A DNA stretch of 62,214 nt, from positions 1 to 62,214 of the forward strand of contig CAZPDS010000006.1 in NCBI GenBank assembly GCA_964585485.1. The letters are read 5' to 3'. Positions 16,785 through 27,288 of this stretch are shown one piece after another. The translations under genes were made by a program, and so were the position numbers. The notes beneath the pieces were generated by a model. The model worked only from the letters and a program-made list of their open reading frames with translations, searched no databases and was not told the origin of the DNA. Positions within the stretch are counted from its first letter, which is position 1; every line of letters begins with the position of its first letter. Source of the DNA: an uncultured Bacteroidales bacterium. Its GTDB lineage: Bacteria > Bacteroidota > Bacteroidia > Bacteroidales > CAIWKO01.

Positions 16785-18299
16785 CTACTTTTTCAATTGA
16801 ATGCGGAAGGTCGTGCCCTTGCCCGGGGTAGAGGATTTCACGAAGATCCGTCCGGAATGATATTGCTCCACAATGCGTTCACTCAGCGTTAGTCCTAAGC
16901 CCCAGCCTGTTTTCTTTCCGGAAACACCGGGGTTAAAAATACTTTTGAATTGCCCTTTCGGAATGCCCTTCCCGGTGTCGGAGATGTCAATGCTGACGGT
17001 CCGTGCTTCGTCGATAAGGTCAATCTGTATGGTGCCCTCACCGCTCATGGCATCGATGGCGTTTTTGCAGAGATTTTCAATCACCCATTCAATGAGGTAG
17101 CGATTGAGCGGCAATTCAACGCGTAGTTCCGGTGTGAAAGTAATTTTGTACTCCACCTTACGGGATGTACGGCGCTGAAGGTATGCAATGGAGTGGTAGA
17201 TGACATCCGCAAGGTTTTCCTTATCCAGCTTCGGCGTTGAACCAATCTTGGAGAAACGTTCGGTGATGGTCTCAAGTCGCTGAATATCTTTGGTGACTTC
17301 GGTCAGGGTTTCTTCGCCGATCCCCTTCAATCGCAGTAATTCAACCCAGGCAATCAGCGATGAGAGCGGGGTCCCTAATTGATGGGCGGTTTCACGGGCC
17401 ATTCCAACCCAGACCTGGTTTTGTTCTACCCGGCGCGAGGCGCTGAAGAGCAGGTAGGCGATGATCAGAAATACAATGATGATGAGGAACTGAATAAAGG
17501 GATAGTACTTCAGTTGAGTTAACAGATAGGACTGTTCATAATATACGAAGCATTTTCCGCGCCCGGGCAGGTCGATTTCAATCGGTCGGTTCTGAAGTTC
17601 CATTTTGCTGATGGTTTCCTTCAGCCTTCCGGCTTGCAGAATGGCCAACGAATCCACGTTGCCCGAGGCAATGACGTTCTTGCGGCTGGAGTCGGTGATG
17701 ATAACGGGAACCGACGGTGCATTGGTTACAATCTCCGAAAGGAACGACTTGATTTGTTTGTTCAGTACTTCGCGTAACTGCGTGTAGACGCTGGATTCCT
17801 TGTAGTAGAGAAGGTTTTTTTTGCCAAAGTACCTTACTTCAATGGGTGGGTATGCGCTGAATTCTTTCAACAGTTCACCTTCCAGGTACTTTACGGTGTC
17901 GGTGCTGAAATCAATGTTTTTGGCAATCGTGATGCGGTTGTCCGGATCTGTTTCAATAACGGGGATGGTGGTGTTGGCCGTCAGAATTTCTACATAAAAG
18001 GTCACGTCTTCCGTAAAATCCGCGGTGATCAGGTGCTGATTGGCCTTCGCCCACAGTTCAACTTTATTCCGTTCCTCCTCGGCGATGCGGGAGAAAAACG
18101 TATCGGTGGCATTTACCAGGGCCGCTTTCTTATTGATGGCATCAGCCCAGATCCAAACCTTCTGGCGCTCATCTTCGGCAATGTTCGAGGCCACCCGGTT
18201 GATGTACCACAACGAGCCCGTGAAAATGAGCAGGGCTGCGGCAAACAACAGCCATTTCCATCTCCGTTTCTGTGTGTATATGCTGGGCTTTTTGGACAT
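16785..18299 (-). CDS. Sensor histidine kinase with large extracytoplasmic domain
   Basis: Two TM segments flank a ~240-aa domain. H-box ETAHQLGTPLSSL, N-box NLCKNAIDA, G1 DTGKGI, G2 GWGLGL. Confidence 0.88.
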   Translation of the reverse strand: MSKKPSIYTQKRRWKWLLFAAALLIFTGSLWYINRVASNIAEDERQKVWIWADAINKKAALVNATDTFFSRIAEEERNKVELWAKANQHLITADFTEDVTFYVEILTANTTIPVIETDPDNRITIAKNIDFSTDTVKYLEGELLKEFSAYPPIEVRYFGKKNLLYYKESSVYTQLREVLNKQIKSFLSEIVTNAPSVPVIITDSSRKNVIASGNVDSLAILQAGRLKETISKMELQNRPIEIDLPGRGKCFVYYEQSYLLTQLKYYPFIQFLIIIVFLIIAYLLFSASRRVEQNQVWVGMARETAHQLGTPLSSLIAWVELLRLKGIGEETLTEVTKDIQRLETITERFSKIGSTPKLDKENLADVIYHSIAYLQRRTSRKVEYKITFTPELRVELPLNRYLIEWVIENLCKNAIDAMSGEGTIQIDLIDEARTVSIDISDTGKGIPKGQFKSIFNPGVSGKKTGWGLGLTLSERIVEQYHSGRIFVKSSTPGKGTTFRIQLKK

Positions 18300-18340
18300 A
18301 GGGTGTGTGAGCTGGTGTTTGCTGTAGTCTGAGCGTAGAA

Positions 18341-18348
18341 CAAAGATA
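18341..18348 (-). promoter_or_regulatory. -7 promoter box (TAnnTTTG) for the histidine kinase gene
   Basis: The minus strand reads TATCTTTG, 41 nt upstream of the ATG at 18299. Confidence 0.4.
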
Positions 18349-18369
18349 TCAATTTCTGCGTCCTGTGCA

Positions 18370-19371
18370 TCAGTGCTTCACACTGTAGAGCGCATTTTCG
18401 ATCATCATACCAAAAAACTTCCGGATCGTCCATCCCAATACCTGCACTTGCTGCGGCACGATGGAGGCTTCCGACATCCCGGGCACGGTATTGACCTCAA
18501 GGAAATACAGGCCTTTCTTCGAGAGTATGTAATCAAAGCGCACCACCCCTTTGCAATTGAGCTTTTCGTAAAGCATGGCCGAGGTCATCTTGCATTCAAT
18601 TTCCGCCTCTTCAGAAATCGGGGCGGGGGTTATCTCTTCTGATTTTCCCTGGTATTTGGCCTCATAATCGAAATAGGCTGTTTTCGGAACGATCTGCGTG
18701 ATGGGAAATACCGTGAGCGATCCTTTGTATTTGAACACGCCGCAGGTAATTTCCATGCCCTTGATGTATTCTTCCACCAGCACCTCACGGTCTTCACGAA
18801 AGGCCTTCTTTAACGCAGACGGCAGGTCTTCCGCCCGGTCCACTTTTGACATTCCTATACTGGATCCACCGTTGTTGGGCTTCACGAATAAGGGAAATTT
18901 GAGCTCTTTTTCGATGGTCCCGGCACTGTAGCTCTGGCGGCTCAGCAAATGTATGCTTTTCGATACACGCGCTCCACAGGCAGCTACCATCTTGTTGCAG
19001 TACCCTTTGTTGAAGGTGAGTGCTGACGTAAGCTGACCGCAATTGGTGTAGGGGAGGCCTATCATATCAAAATACGCCTGCAGCCGGCCGTCTTCGCCGG
19101 GGGTGCCGTGAATGGCCATGAACACGCAATCGAAGGTGATTTTCTTCGTGCCCAATCGTAGGCTGAAATCATTTTTATCGATGGGAACTGGCTTGCCCTT
19201 TTCGGGGATGTAAAACCATCCTTCGCGGCTGAGATGTATGGTGTACACCTCGTATTTCGCGGGGTCCAGGTGTTTGCGAACAACGCCGGCGCTGGCGATG
19301 GAAATGACTTTTTCTCCGGAATCACCACCGGCTACAAGGGCGATTTTCTTTTTGATTCGGACGGCGGACAT
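18370..19371 (-). CDS. ddl: D-alanine--D-alanine ligase
   Basis: MSAVRIKKKIALVAGGDSGE.., an ATP-grasp body, and EVNTVPGMS near the C-terminus. The track start at 19398 is a TTG, so I chose ATG 19371. Confidence 0.9.
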   Translation of the reverse strand: MSAVRIKKKIALVAGGDSGEKVISIASAGVVRKHLDPAKYEVYTIHLSREGWFYIPEKGKPVPIDKNDFSLRLGTKKITFDCVFMAIHGTPGEDGRLQAYFDMIGLPYTNCGQLTSALTFNKGYCNKMVAACGARVSKSIHLLSRQSYSAGTIEKELKFPLFVKPNNGGSSIGMSKVDRAEDLPSALKKAFREDREVLVEEYIKGMEITCGVFKYKGSLTVFPITQIVPKTAYFDYEAKYQGKSEEITPAPISEEAEIECKMTSAMLYEKLNCKGVVRFDYILSKKGLYFLEVNTVPGMSEASIVPQQVQVLGWTIRKFFGMMIENALYSVKH

Positions 19372-19400
19372 AGGTGTATTTTTGATGGTGTAAGACAATC

Positions 19401-19988
19401 TTATTTTTTGAGCAGAAAGGCCGTGAGTTGCTGAACAGCCCGTCCACGATGGCTAATCCGGTTTTTTTCCGAAAGCGGCATTTCGGCAAAACTGATATCA
19501 TAACCCACGGGGCGGAAGATAGGATCATAGCCAAAGCCTTCACGACCGTGCTTTTCGGTGAGGATTTCCCCCTCTACCGAACCTTCGAAGAAGTACTCCA
19601 CACCGTCGAGGATGAGCGCAATTACTGTACGGAAGCGGGCGTTGCGCTTGCTCATTCCCTTCATTTCTGCAAGCACCTTGTTCATGTTATCTTCGAAGTT
19701 CGCGGTTTCGCCCGCGTAGCGCGCCGAATAGACACCCGGTCGTCCGTCCAGCGCCGCAATCTCCAAACCGGTATCGTCTGCAAAACAGTCTTTCCCGTAT
19801 TTGTCGTAAATAAATCGGGCCTTTTGAAGCGCATTGCCCTCAAGCGTATCGGCCGTTTCCGGGATGTCTTCCGCACAGCCAATCTCAGAAAGTCCGGCAA
19901 TGGCGAATTTTCCGCCAATGGCTTCTTTCAGTTCGTGCAGTTTGTGGGCATTGTTGGTGGCGAAAATCAGGCGTTCCCCGGCGGTCAT
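19401..19988 (-). CDS. rdgB: Non-canonical purine NTP pyrophosphatase (RdgB/HAM1)
   Basis: [13 protein letters not shown] and GFGYDPIF motifs. The ATG overlaps the waaA stop as ATGA. Confidence 0.9.
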   Translation of the reverse strand: MTAGERLIFATNNAHKLHELKEAIGGKFAIAGLSEIGCAEDIPETADTLEGNALQKARFIYDKYGKDCFADDTGLEIAALDGRPGVYSARYAGETANFEDNMNKVLAEMKGMSKRNARFRTVIALILDGVEYFFEGSVEGEILTEKHGREGFGYDPIFRPVGYDISFAEMPLSEKNRISHRGRAVQQLTAFLLKK

Positions 19989-21238
19989 AGTGTTGGTTTT
20001 TGATCGTGAAATACGTGATGCAGGATGTGCTTGGTGCCCCCCAGGTTTTGCTGCACATACGCCGAGCAAACTTGTGAGGCGGCCTTGTGAAATGCGTCGT
20101 CGCGGAATAACCTAAGCAGAATCTCTTCCGCTTCTTCGATACGGTGTACGCAAAAGGCGCCGCGCAGGGCCAGCAGCTCATGGGCTTCCTGAAATTTTCG
20201 GTAGTTGGGGCCGAATACCACGGGTTTGCCGAAGGTGGCCGCTTCCAGGATGTTGTGGATGTTTTTGCCAAAGCCCCCGCCGATGTAAGCCGCGTGCGCG
20301 TACTGATACAAGTGAAGCAGGATGCCGATGTTGTCGATGATCAGAACATCCGCTGAAATGGTTTCTTCGTCGGATAGTCGGCTGTACCGTATGCATTTTA
20401 CCGGTGCTTTACGGATGAAGTCATCAATCCGCTGTGAATCGATTTCGTGCGGGGCGATAATGCATCGAAATTCCTTGGGGTGATGACGGAGGACGGCCAG
20501 CAGTAGTTCTTCGTCGGCCGGCCAGGTGGAGCCGGCCAGCAGTACACGCTGACCTTCTGCGAACGCAGCAACCTGCGGAAAGGCCTTACGTTCCTGTGCA
20601 ACCGACCAAACACGGTCGAAACGCGTATCGCCGCAAACAGAGGCATTCTGAAGGCCCAATGACGAGAGTAACTTCAGCGAATTTTCGTTCTGTACGAAAA
20701 ACCAATTCACGTTCTGAAGTTGCTTCCGGAACCATCCGCCCCAGGGCTGGAAGAAGTGCTGATTGCTGCGGAAAATGGCAGATACGTAATACAACGGGAT
20801 ATTGTGCTGCCGGATTTGTCGAAGGTAGTTAAACCAGAACTCATACTTTATGAAGAAGACCATCGACGGCCGGGCCGTTTCAATAAATCGTCGGGCATTG
20901 GCCGCGGTGTCGAGGGGCAGGTAACAAATGTAATCCGCGCCAGCGTAATTTTTTCGGATCTCGTATCCGGACGGGGAAAAAAAGCTTAGCAGGATTTTGT
21001 ACTGGGGATGCGATGTGCGGATGCTTTCAATGAGCGGTCGTCCCTGTTCAAATTCACCCAACGAGGCCGCATGAAACCAGATAAGCGGGGCATCTCCGGG
21101 CAAACTGTCGGCTAATCTTTGCTGCCAGTTTCGCCGACCGCGGAGAAATTGCCGGGCTTTTAGCGTAAACAGACTGGCTATGGATATCCCCGCTCCGTAG
21201 AGCCGTATACTGAGGTTATAGATCAGGGAAGCGATCAT
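19985..21238 (-). CDS. waaA: 3-deoxy-D-manno-octulosonic acid (Kdo) transferase
   Basis: N-terminal anchor followed by [20 protein letters not shown], characteristic of WaaA/KdtA. Size is 417 aa. Confidence 0.88.
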   Translation of the reverse strand: MIASLIYNLSIRLYGAGISIASLFTLKARQFLRGRRNWQQRLADSLPGDAPLIWFHAASLGEFEQGRPLIESIRTSHPQYKILLSFFSPSGYEIRKNYAGADYICYLPLDTAANARRFIETARPSMVFFIKYEFWFNYLRQIRQHNIPLYYVSAIFRSNQHFFQPWGGWFRKQLQNVNWFFVQNENSLKLLSSLGLQNASVCGDTRFDRVWSVAQERKAFPQVAAFAEGQRVLLAGSTWPADEELLLAVLRHHPKEFRCIIAPHEIDSQRIDDFIRKAPVKCIRYSRLSDEETISADVLIIDNIGILLHLYQYAHAAYIGGGFGKNIHNILEAATFGKPVVFGPNYRKFQEAHELLALRGAFCVHRIEEAEEILLRLFRDDAFHKAASQVCSAYVQQNLGGTKHILHHVFHDQKPTL

Positions 21239-21256
21239 GGCGAAAGCCTCCGTTCC

Positions 21257-22021
21257 TTAGTGGTAGTAGTAACCTTGCGGAACCCGCTTGTAAAAGGGAA
21301 TAATCCATCCGATTTTTACCCCCCACAACAAATCGATACGGCTGGTATGGTCGCGGGCGCCCAGATTGAAATCGTAGTTCCGGCGACTTTTCGTGAACGC
21401 CTGGGTGCATTCAATGCCTCCGAAGAAACTCACCAGCCGCTTATTTCCCATATACATATAGCCAACAAACTCCGATATTCCTACACCGTTCGTTAGCTTG
21501 TCATAGCCCGCAAGATAATCACCATCAAGTTGTGGTGCTGTGCTCCCCGGCACATCAATGCGGATCTTGTGTTGCATGAATCCTACACTGGCCATCACCA
21601 TCGGGCCGCTGTTTGGGTTGGGACTAAGCACGGGAAATACTTTGCCAAATTTGGCAGAAATAAAATAACCCCGCTCCCAAATCAGGGCGTTGGTCAGCTC
21701 CCCGTTGCGGTCGATAAGGTAACCGTCGGGCGTGTCGATGGCGCTGAACAGAGAGTCGCCCCCCTTAACGTTGTTGCCGAAAAGGTAGTTGTAATCTACA
21801 CCGAAAATCCAGTTGCTGCGATGCTTGTATAAGAAACCACCATTGATGTTGGAATTGTTCCCAAACCTGTCCTTCATATCCCCTCCGGGCCATTGGTGCG
21901 TATACGCCGCGTAGAGCATCGGAATGTTCAGTGCGCTGTCGCCCACATTGGACTGTGCGGGGCAGAAATAGGCTGACAATACAAGACTCAGGATCAGCAG
22001 GGAGGAGTATAACTTTTTCAT
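21257..22021 (-). CDS. Secreted/outer-membrane protein, function unknown
   Basis: Signal peptide MKKLYSSLLILSLVLSAYFCPAQ. Composition is beta-rich and Gly/Tyr/Asn-rich. Start trimmed to ATG 22021. Confidence 0.6.
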   Translation of the reverse strand: MKKLYSSLLILSLVLSAYFCPAQSNVGDSALNIPMLYAAYTHQWPGGDMKDRFGNNSNINGGFLYKHRSNWIFGVDYNYLFGNNVKGGDSLFSAIDTPDGYLIDRNGELTNALIWERGYFISAKFGKVFPVLSPNPNSGPMVMASVGFMQHKIRIDVPGSTAPQLDGDYLAGYDKLTNGVGISEFVGYMYMGNKRLVSFFGGIECTQAFTKSRRNYDFNLGARDHTSRIDLLWGVKIGWIIPFYKRVPQGYYYH

Positions 22022-22036
22022 TCGGGGAAATTTGTG

Positions 22037-22044
22037 CAAAAATA
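22037..22044 (-). promoter_or_regulatory. -7 promoter box (TAnnTTTG) for the OMP-waaA-rdgB-ddl unit
   Basis: The minus strand reads TATTTTTG, 15 nt upstream of the ATG at 22021. Confidence 0.4.
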
Positions 22045-22127
22045 CGAAAACTCAACGATGTGAACGGGTTTTTAGTATTCACAGAAAGATATAAAAACCG
22101 CTTGTTATTTCGCTAACAATAATTTTT

Positions 22128-22135
22128 TATCTTTG
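22128..22135 (+). promoter_or_regulatory. -7 promoter box (TAnnTTTG) for the sugar-nucleotide cluster
   Basis: TATCTTTG lies 51 nt upstream of ATG 22187. A TTG sits about 23 nt further upstream. Confidence 0.5.
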
Positions 22136-22186
22136 CGTCTATTTAGTAAAAACCGATTTTAAACTTAACATTAAGAGGAGTTTCGG

Positions 22187-23317
22187 ATGAGAAAGATCCA
22201 AATGGTTGACCTGAAAAGTCAGTACGAAAATATCAAGCCGGAGGTTGATGCGGCTATTCAGGAAGTGATCGATGCAACGGCCTTTATCAACGGTCCGGCG
22301 GTAAAGCGCTTTCAGGAACATCTGGAGCAATACCTCGGAGTGAAACACGTGATCCCCTGCGCAAATGGAACAGACGCGCTGCAATGTTCTATGATGGCCC
22401 TGGGACTTAAGCCCGGTGATGAAGTAATTACCACTTCGTTTACGTTTATTGCCACTGCGGAAGTGATCGCCCTGCTGGGTCTTACACCTGTGTTGGTGGA
22501 CGTGGAACCTGATACCTACAACATCGATCCGGCCGCCATTAGCCGCGCCATAACCCCTAAAACCAAAGCTATCGTTCCGGTACACCTGTTTGGTCAGTGT
22601 GCCAATATGGAGGCCATTCTGGACCTTGCCAAAAAGTATAAGCTTTTTGTTATCGAAGATAATTGTCAGGCCATCGGCGCCGATTATGTTTTCGCCGACG
22701 GCCGTCGCCAGAAAGGCGGCAGTATGGGCGATATCGGTTGCACCTCCTTCTTCCCATCCAAGAACCTGGGCTGCTATGGCGATGGTGGCGCAATTTTTAC
22801 CAATAGCGACGATTTGGCAACGACCCTTCGCTATGTTGTGAATCATGGCATGGTGAAACGTTATTATCACGACATGATTGGCGTGAACTCCCGCCTCGAC
22901 AGTATTCAGGCGGCTATTCTGGATGTTAAGCTTAAACGCCTCGATGACTACGCTGCCGCACGTCGCCGTGCTGCTGATTATTATGATGCGGCTTTCGCCG
23001 GATGTCCCAACCTGAAAACACCACTGCGTTCGGCTTATTCTACACACGTGTTCCACCAGTATACGCTGGTAACAGAGGGTATCGATCGAACCGCTCTCCA
23101 GGAATACCTGCAGGGTAAAGATATTCCGGCCATGATTTATTATCCGGTGCCCCTGCATCTGCAGAAAGCTTACCTCGATCCGCGCTACAAAGAAGGGGAT
23201 TTCCCCGTCACAGAATGGCTCTCGGAAAAGGTTATCAGTCTGCCCATGCATACGGAACTCGATGAAGAACAACTCCGTCACATCACAAGCTCAGTACTGG
23301 AATTTATCAAAAAATAA
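22187..23317 (+). CDS. DegT/DnrJ/EryC1-family PLP aminotransferase (WbpE-like sugar 3-aminotransferase)
   Basis: [30 protein letters not shown] and the PLP-lysine context SFFPSKNLG. Confidence 0.88.
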   Translation: MRKIQMVDLKSQYENIKPEVDAAIQEVIDATAFINGPAVKRFQEHLEQYLGVKHVIPCANGTDALQCSMMALGLKPGDEVITTSFTFIATAEVIALLGLTPVLVDVEPDTYNIDPAAISRAITPKTKAIVPVHLFGQCANMEAILDLAKKYKLFVIEDNCQAIGADYVFADGRRQKGGSMGDIGCTSFFPSKNLGCYGDGGAIFTNSDDLATTLRYVVNHGMVKRYYHDMIGVNSRLDSIQAAILDVKLKRLDDYAAARRRAADYYDAAFAGCPNLKTPLRSAYSTHVFHQYTLVTEGIDRTALQEYLQGKDIPAMIYYPVPLHLQKAYLDPRYKEGDFPVTEWLSEKVISLPMHTELDEEQLRHITSSVLEFIKK

Positions 23318-23898
23318 TGGAATCCAAATTCTTCGCTCACGAATCCGCGATCATCGATCCGGGCTGCACCATCGGAAACGGTACTAAAATCTGGCATTTC
23401 ACACACATTATGCAGGACTGCGTGATTGGCGAGCGATGCAATATAGGTCAAAACGTCGTTGTATCGCCGCAGGTCGTGCTGGGGAATAACGTCAAGGTTC
23501 AAAACAACGTTTCCATTTATACCGGCGTGGTCTGCGAAGATGATGTCTTCCTGGGTCCCAGCATGGTATTCACCAACGTGATCAACCCGCGCAGCGCCGT
23601 AAACCGTAAAAGTGAGTACGCCAAAACCCTGGTGAAAAAGGGCGCCACTATTGGGGCCAACGCAACCATTGTTTGCGGACACGATATCGGCGCGTATGCA
23701 TTTATCGGCGCAGGTGCCGTGGTAACCCGCGATGTGCCCGCTTACGCGCTGATTGTTGGCAATCCCGGCGTGCAGAAGGGCTGGATGAGCGAATACGGTC
23801 ATCGCCTGCATTTTGATGGTGAGGGCATCGCTATTTGCCCGGAAAGTAAGGAGCGCTATCGCTTAAACAACGGACGGGTTAATAAAGAAACTATATAA
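23317..23898 (+). CDS. Left-handed beta-helix N-acetyltransferase (WbpD/WlbB-like)
   Basis: Hexapeptide repeats. [38 protein letters not shown] matches WbpD-type 3-amino-sugar acetyltransferases. TAATG overlap with the upstream gene. Confidence 0.85.
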   Translation: MESKFFAHESAIIDPGCTIGNGTKIWHFTHIMQDCVIGERCNIGQNVVVSPQVVLGNNVKVQNNVSIYTGVVCEDDVFLGPSMVFTNVINPRSAVNRKSEYAKTLVKKGATIGANATIVCGHDIGAYAFIGAGAVVTRDVPAYALIVGNPGVQKGWMSEYGHRLHFDGEGIAICPESKERYRLNNGRVNKETI

Positions 23899-23899
23899 A

Positions 23900-24940
23900 A
23901 TGGAAATGAAGGATACGATCAGGTTTGCGGTCGTGGGCTGCGGCCACATCGGCAAACGCCACGCTGAAATGATCAGCCGGAATGCAGAAGCAGAATTGGT
24001 GGCACTTTGCGATATCAAACCCAAAGAAAGTCTGGGCATCGAAAAATTCGATGTTCCGTTTTATCCCTCCCTTGATCAGATGCTCGCGGAAGCGCCTGCC
24101 TTCGATGTGCTGAATGTATGTACCCCCAACGGTGTTCACACAGAACATGCACTGAAAGGGCTCGAAAAATTTAAACACGTAGTGTGCGAAAAGCCCCTGG
24201 GTCTTTCAAAGGCTTCGGTTGAACAAGTGCTTTACAAAGCACTGAATGTTTCCCGTCAGGTGTTCCCCGTGATGCAGAACCGATATTCACCACCTTCGGT
24301 ATGGATCAAAGAGGTGATCGAAAATAAAGTATTGGGTGATGTTTTCATGGTGCAGGTAAATTGCTATTGGAACCGCGATGACCGCTACTACGGCAAGAGT
24401 GATTGGAAAGGTCGTCAGGACCTGGATGGCGGGACCCTGTTCACGCAATTTTCCCATTTCATCGATATCATGTACTGGTTGTTTGGTGATATCGACAATA
24501 TCCGCGGTCATTTTGGTGATTTCAACCACCGTAGCTCAACAGATTTTGAGGACTCCGGTATGGTCTCTTTTGATTTTGTCAATGGAGGAATGGGATGCCT
24601 GAATTATTCCACTTCTGTTTGGGATAGTAACCTGGAAAGCAGTATGACCATTATCGGAGAAAAAGGTTCTGTTAAGATTGGCGGGCAGTACATGAACGAA
24701 GTGGAGTATTGTCATATCCGGGATTACACAATGCCGGAACTTCCCCCGGCCAATCCGGCAAATGATTATGGCAGCTATAAAGGAAGTGCGGCCAATCATC
24801 ATTACGTTATCGAAAACGTGATCAATACGCTGAAAGGAAGAAGCATCATCACCACCAATGCACTGGAAGGCCTGAAGGTGGTGGAGATGATTGAACGTAT
24901 CTATACCCTGCGACCCACAACGCTTTTAAAAAAACAATAA
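23900..24940 (+). CDS. Gfo/Idh/MocA NAD-dependent oxidoreductase (WbpB-like)
   Basis: IRFAVVGCGHIGKRH Rossmann N-terminus. Size of 346 aa and position next to the aminotransferase and acetyltransferase. Confidence 0.85.
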   Translation: MEMKDTIRFAVVGCGHIGKRHAEMISRNAEAELVALCDIKPKESLGIEKFDVPFYPSLDQMLAEAPAFDVLNVCTPNGVHTEHALKGLEKFKHVVCEKPLGLSKASVEQVLYKALNVSRQVFPVMQNRYSPPSVWIKEVIENKVLGDVFMVQVNCYWNRDDRYYGKSDWKGRQDLDGGTLFTQFSHFIDIMYWLFGDIDNIRGHFGDFNHRSSTDFEDSGMVSFDFVNGGMGCLNYSTSVWDSNLESSMTIIGEKGSVKIGGQYMNEVEYCHIRDYTMPELPPANPANDYGSYKGSAANHHYVIENVINTLKGRSIITTNALEGLKVVEMIERIYTLRPTTLLKKQ

Positions 24941-24949
24941 CGTACGACT

Positions 24950-26248
24950 ATGAAAAATATCTATGATGAATTAATTGCAAAAAACACGAAACTTTCAGTG
25001 ATTGGCCTGGGCTATGTCGGCCTGCCGATCGCCCTGGAGTTTGCACGGAAGATTTCAGTGATCGGGTTTGATATCAAGGCCGATCGCGTGGAGATGATGA
25101 AAAACAAGATGGACCCGAGCGAAGAGCTGGATTCATCAGCCTTTGAAGGCTGCGATATTCAATTTACGGCCAGCGTCGACGATCTTCGTGAAGCCACATT
25201 CCACATCGTAGCTGTTCCGACGCCAATCGACTCCCACAACTTACCCGATCTTACACCCTTGCTGGGCGCCTGTCGTAGCGTGGGCAAGGTGCTGAAGAAA
25301 GGCGACTACGTCGTATTTGAATCCACCGTGTATCCCGGCTGCACAGAAGAAGACTGCATCCCCATCATGGAAGAATTGTCGGGCCTGAAGTTTATCGAAG
25401 ATTTTAAAGTGGGCTTTTCGCCCGAGCGGATCAACCCGGGCGATAAAGAGCATACCATCACCAGTATTACAAAAGTGGTTTCCGGATGTGATGCCGAATC
25501 CCTGGATAATATCGCGAAAACGTATGAGCTCGTGGTGAAGGCCGGCGTTCACCGGGCCTCCAGCATTAAGGTTGCCGAATCGGCCAAGATTATTGAGAAC
25601 ACCCAACGCGACGTTAACATCGCCTTGATGAACGAACTTTCCATTATCTTCAACCGCATGGGCATCAACACCTATGAAGTGCTTGAGGCCGCCGGCACCA
25701 AATGGAACTTTCTGAAATTCTACCCCGGCCTGGTAGGTGGACACTGCATCGGCGTAGATCCTTACTATCTTACGTTTAAAGCAAAGGAATTCCGTTACCA
25801 TGCACAAATCATTAATTCCGGAAGGTTTGTTAACGATTCCATGGGCTTTTATGTGGCTAAGCAAACGGTGAAAAAAATAATCTCCGCCGGGAAGAATGTG
25901 CTGCACGCACGTGTCCTGGTGATGGGAGCTACCTTCAAAGAAAACGTGAGCGATATCCGAAACTCCCGCGTGGCCGATGTGATCAGCGAACTGAAATCTT
26001 ACGGCGTGGACGTGGACGTGGTGGATCCCTTCGCAAGTTCGGAGGAACTTAAACATGAATATGGTTTTGAACTTGTGGCGAATCCGACGGGAACGTACGA
26101 TGCCGTTATTGTGGCGGTATCGCACGACGACTACACGCAGAAGTCGGAACGTGATTTCAAAAATCTCTTGAACGAAAAGGGTATTCTGGTTGATATTAAA
26201 GGGATGTTTCGTGGGAAGATCAACGACCTTACCTATTGGAGTCTCTGA
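24950..26248 (+). CDS. UDP-N-acetyl-hexosamine 6-dehydrogenase (nucleotide-sugar dehydrogenase, WbpA/TviB type)
   Basis: VIGLGYVGLPIA NAD-binding site and catalytic Cys in GGHCIGVDP. Size is 432 aa. Confidence 0.88.
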   Translation: MKNIYDELIAKNTKLSVIGLGYVGLPIALEFARKISVIGFDIKADRVEMMKNKMDPSEELDSSAFEGCDIQFTASVDDLREATFHIVAVPTPIDSHNLPDLTPLLGACRSVGKVLKKGDYVVFESTVYPGCTEEDCIPIMEELSGLKFIEDFKVGFSPERINPGDKEHTITSITKVVSGCDAESLDNIAKTYELVVKAGVHRASSIKVAESAKIIENTQRDVNIALMNELSIIFNRMGINTYEVLEAAGTKWNFLKFYPGLVGGHCIGVDPYYLTFKAKEFRYHAQIINSGRFVNDSMGFYVAKQTVKKIISAGKNVLHARVLVMGATFKENVSDIRNSRVADVISELKSYGVDVDVVDPFASSEELKHEYGFELVANPTGTYDAVIVAVSHDDYTQKSERDFKNLLNEKGILVDIKGMFRGKINDLTYWSL

Positions 26249-26265
26249 TCTAAAAGCTGATTGTC

Positions 26266-27288
26266 GTGAAAATTCTTGTAACCGGCGGGGCCGGCTTTAT
26301 TGGATCACATACGGTTGTTGAACTTCAACAACAGGGGCATGAGGTATGGATCGCGGATAACCTGAGCAATTCGCACATTAGTGTACTCGACGGTATTACG
26401 GCTATAAGCGGGCGGCGACCCCGTTTCTTTCAAACAGATCTCTGTGATGTCGACGCCCTCGCCAACGTTTTCTCGACGGCCGGCCGCTTCGACGGGGTCA
26501 TCCATTTTGCCGCGTTTAAAGCCGTCGGCGAGTCGGTTAATGCCCCCTTAAAATATTATCGCAACAACCTGCTTAGCACCTTAAATCTGATGAAGTGTAT
26601 GCAGGATGCGGGCTGCAGCAACCTGGTGTTTTCGTCTTCCTGTACCGTGTATGGTCAGCCGGATGAGCTACCCGTGCGCGAAACCTCACCCATTAAACCG
26701 GCCATTTCTCCTTACGGGAATACCAAGCAGATGGCCGAAGAAATGATTACGGATACCACACGCGTATCGGATCTGAAAGCGATACTTTTACGCTACTTCA
26801 ATCCTATCGGAGCCCACCACACTGCGCTAATCGGCGAACTGCCCCTGGGTGTGCCCAATAACCTGGTGCCGTTTATTACCCAAACAGCCATCGGAATCCG
26901 CCCGAAATTGCTGGTTTTTGGCGATGATTACCCGACCTCCGATGGTACCTGCATACGCGATTATATCCACGTGGTGGACCTCGCCAAAGCCCATATTGCA
27001 GCGCTCGAACGTATGGCGCAGGGCCGTAGCGAAGCCGCTTGCGAAATCTTTAACGTAGGCACAGGAAAAGGGAGCACCGTTCTGGAGGTCATCGCTGCTT
27101 TCGAAAAAGTTAGCGGCCGTAAATTGAACTACGAAATTACCGGCCGGCGTACCGGCGACGTTGATCAGGTGTGGGCCGATACGACAAAAGCAAATAGTGT
27201 GTTGGGTTGGAAAGCACAGAAATCACTCGACGATATGATGCTGTCGGCCTGGAACTGGGAATTGGCACTGAAATCAAAAAAATCATGA
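26266..27288 (+). CDS. galE: UDP-glucose 4-epimerase
   Basis: GTG start. KILVTGGAGFIGSH, YGNTKQMAE (YxxxK), and a ..DYIHVVDLA.. region typical of GalE. Confidence 0.88.
   Translation: MKILVTGGAGFIGSHTVVELQQQGHEVWIADNLSNSHISVLDGITAISGRRPRFFQTDLCDVDALANVFSTAGRFDGVIHFAAFKAVGESVNAPLKYYRNNLLSTLNLMKCMQDAGCSNLVFSSSCTVYGQPDELPVRETSPIKPAISPYGNTKQMAEEMITDTTRVSDLKAILLRYFNPIGAHHTALIGELPLGVPNNLVPFITQTAIGIRPKLLVFGDDYPTSDGTCIRDYIHVVDLAKAHIAALERMAQGRSEAACEIFNVGTGKGSTVLEVIAAFEKVSGRKLNYEITGRRTGDVDQVWADTTKANSVLGWKAQKSLDDMMLSAWNWELALKSKKS

Noticed and set aside
19989-20069. 27-codon N-terminal extension of rdgB overlapping waaA
   Set aside because: RdgB homology starts at [13 protein letters not shown]. That ATG forms an ATGA overlap with the waaA stop, which is the more parsimonious arrangement.
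22139-23281. 380-aa ORF on the minus strand covering the whole DegT-type aminotransferase gene
   Set aside because: It is exactly antisense to a gene with clear PLP-aminotransferase motifs. Its translation is low-complexity (His/Gly/Ile/Arg-rich) with no motifs. It is a typical stop-free shadow frame of a GC3-biased gene.
25241-26125. 294-aa minus-strand ORF inside the nucleotide-sugar dehydrogenase gene
   Set aside because: It is an antisense shadow ORF. The plus-strand frame carries the NAD-binding and catalytic-Cys motifs, while the minus-strand translation has no recognisable features.
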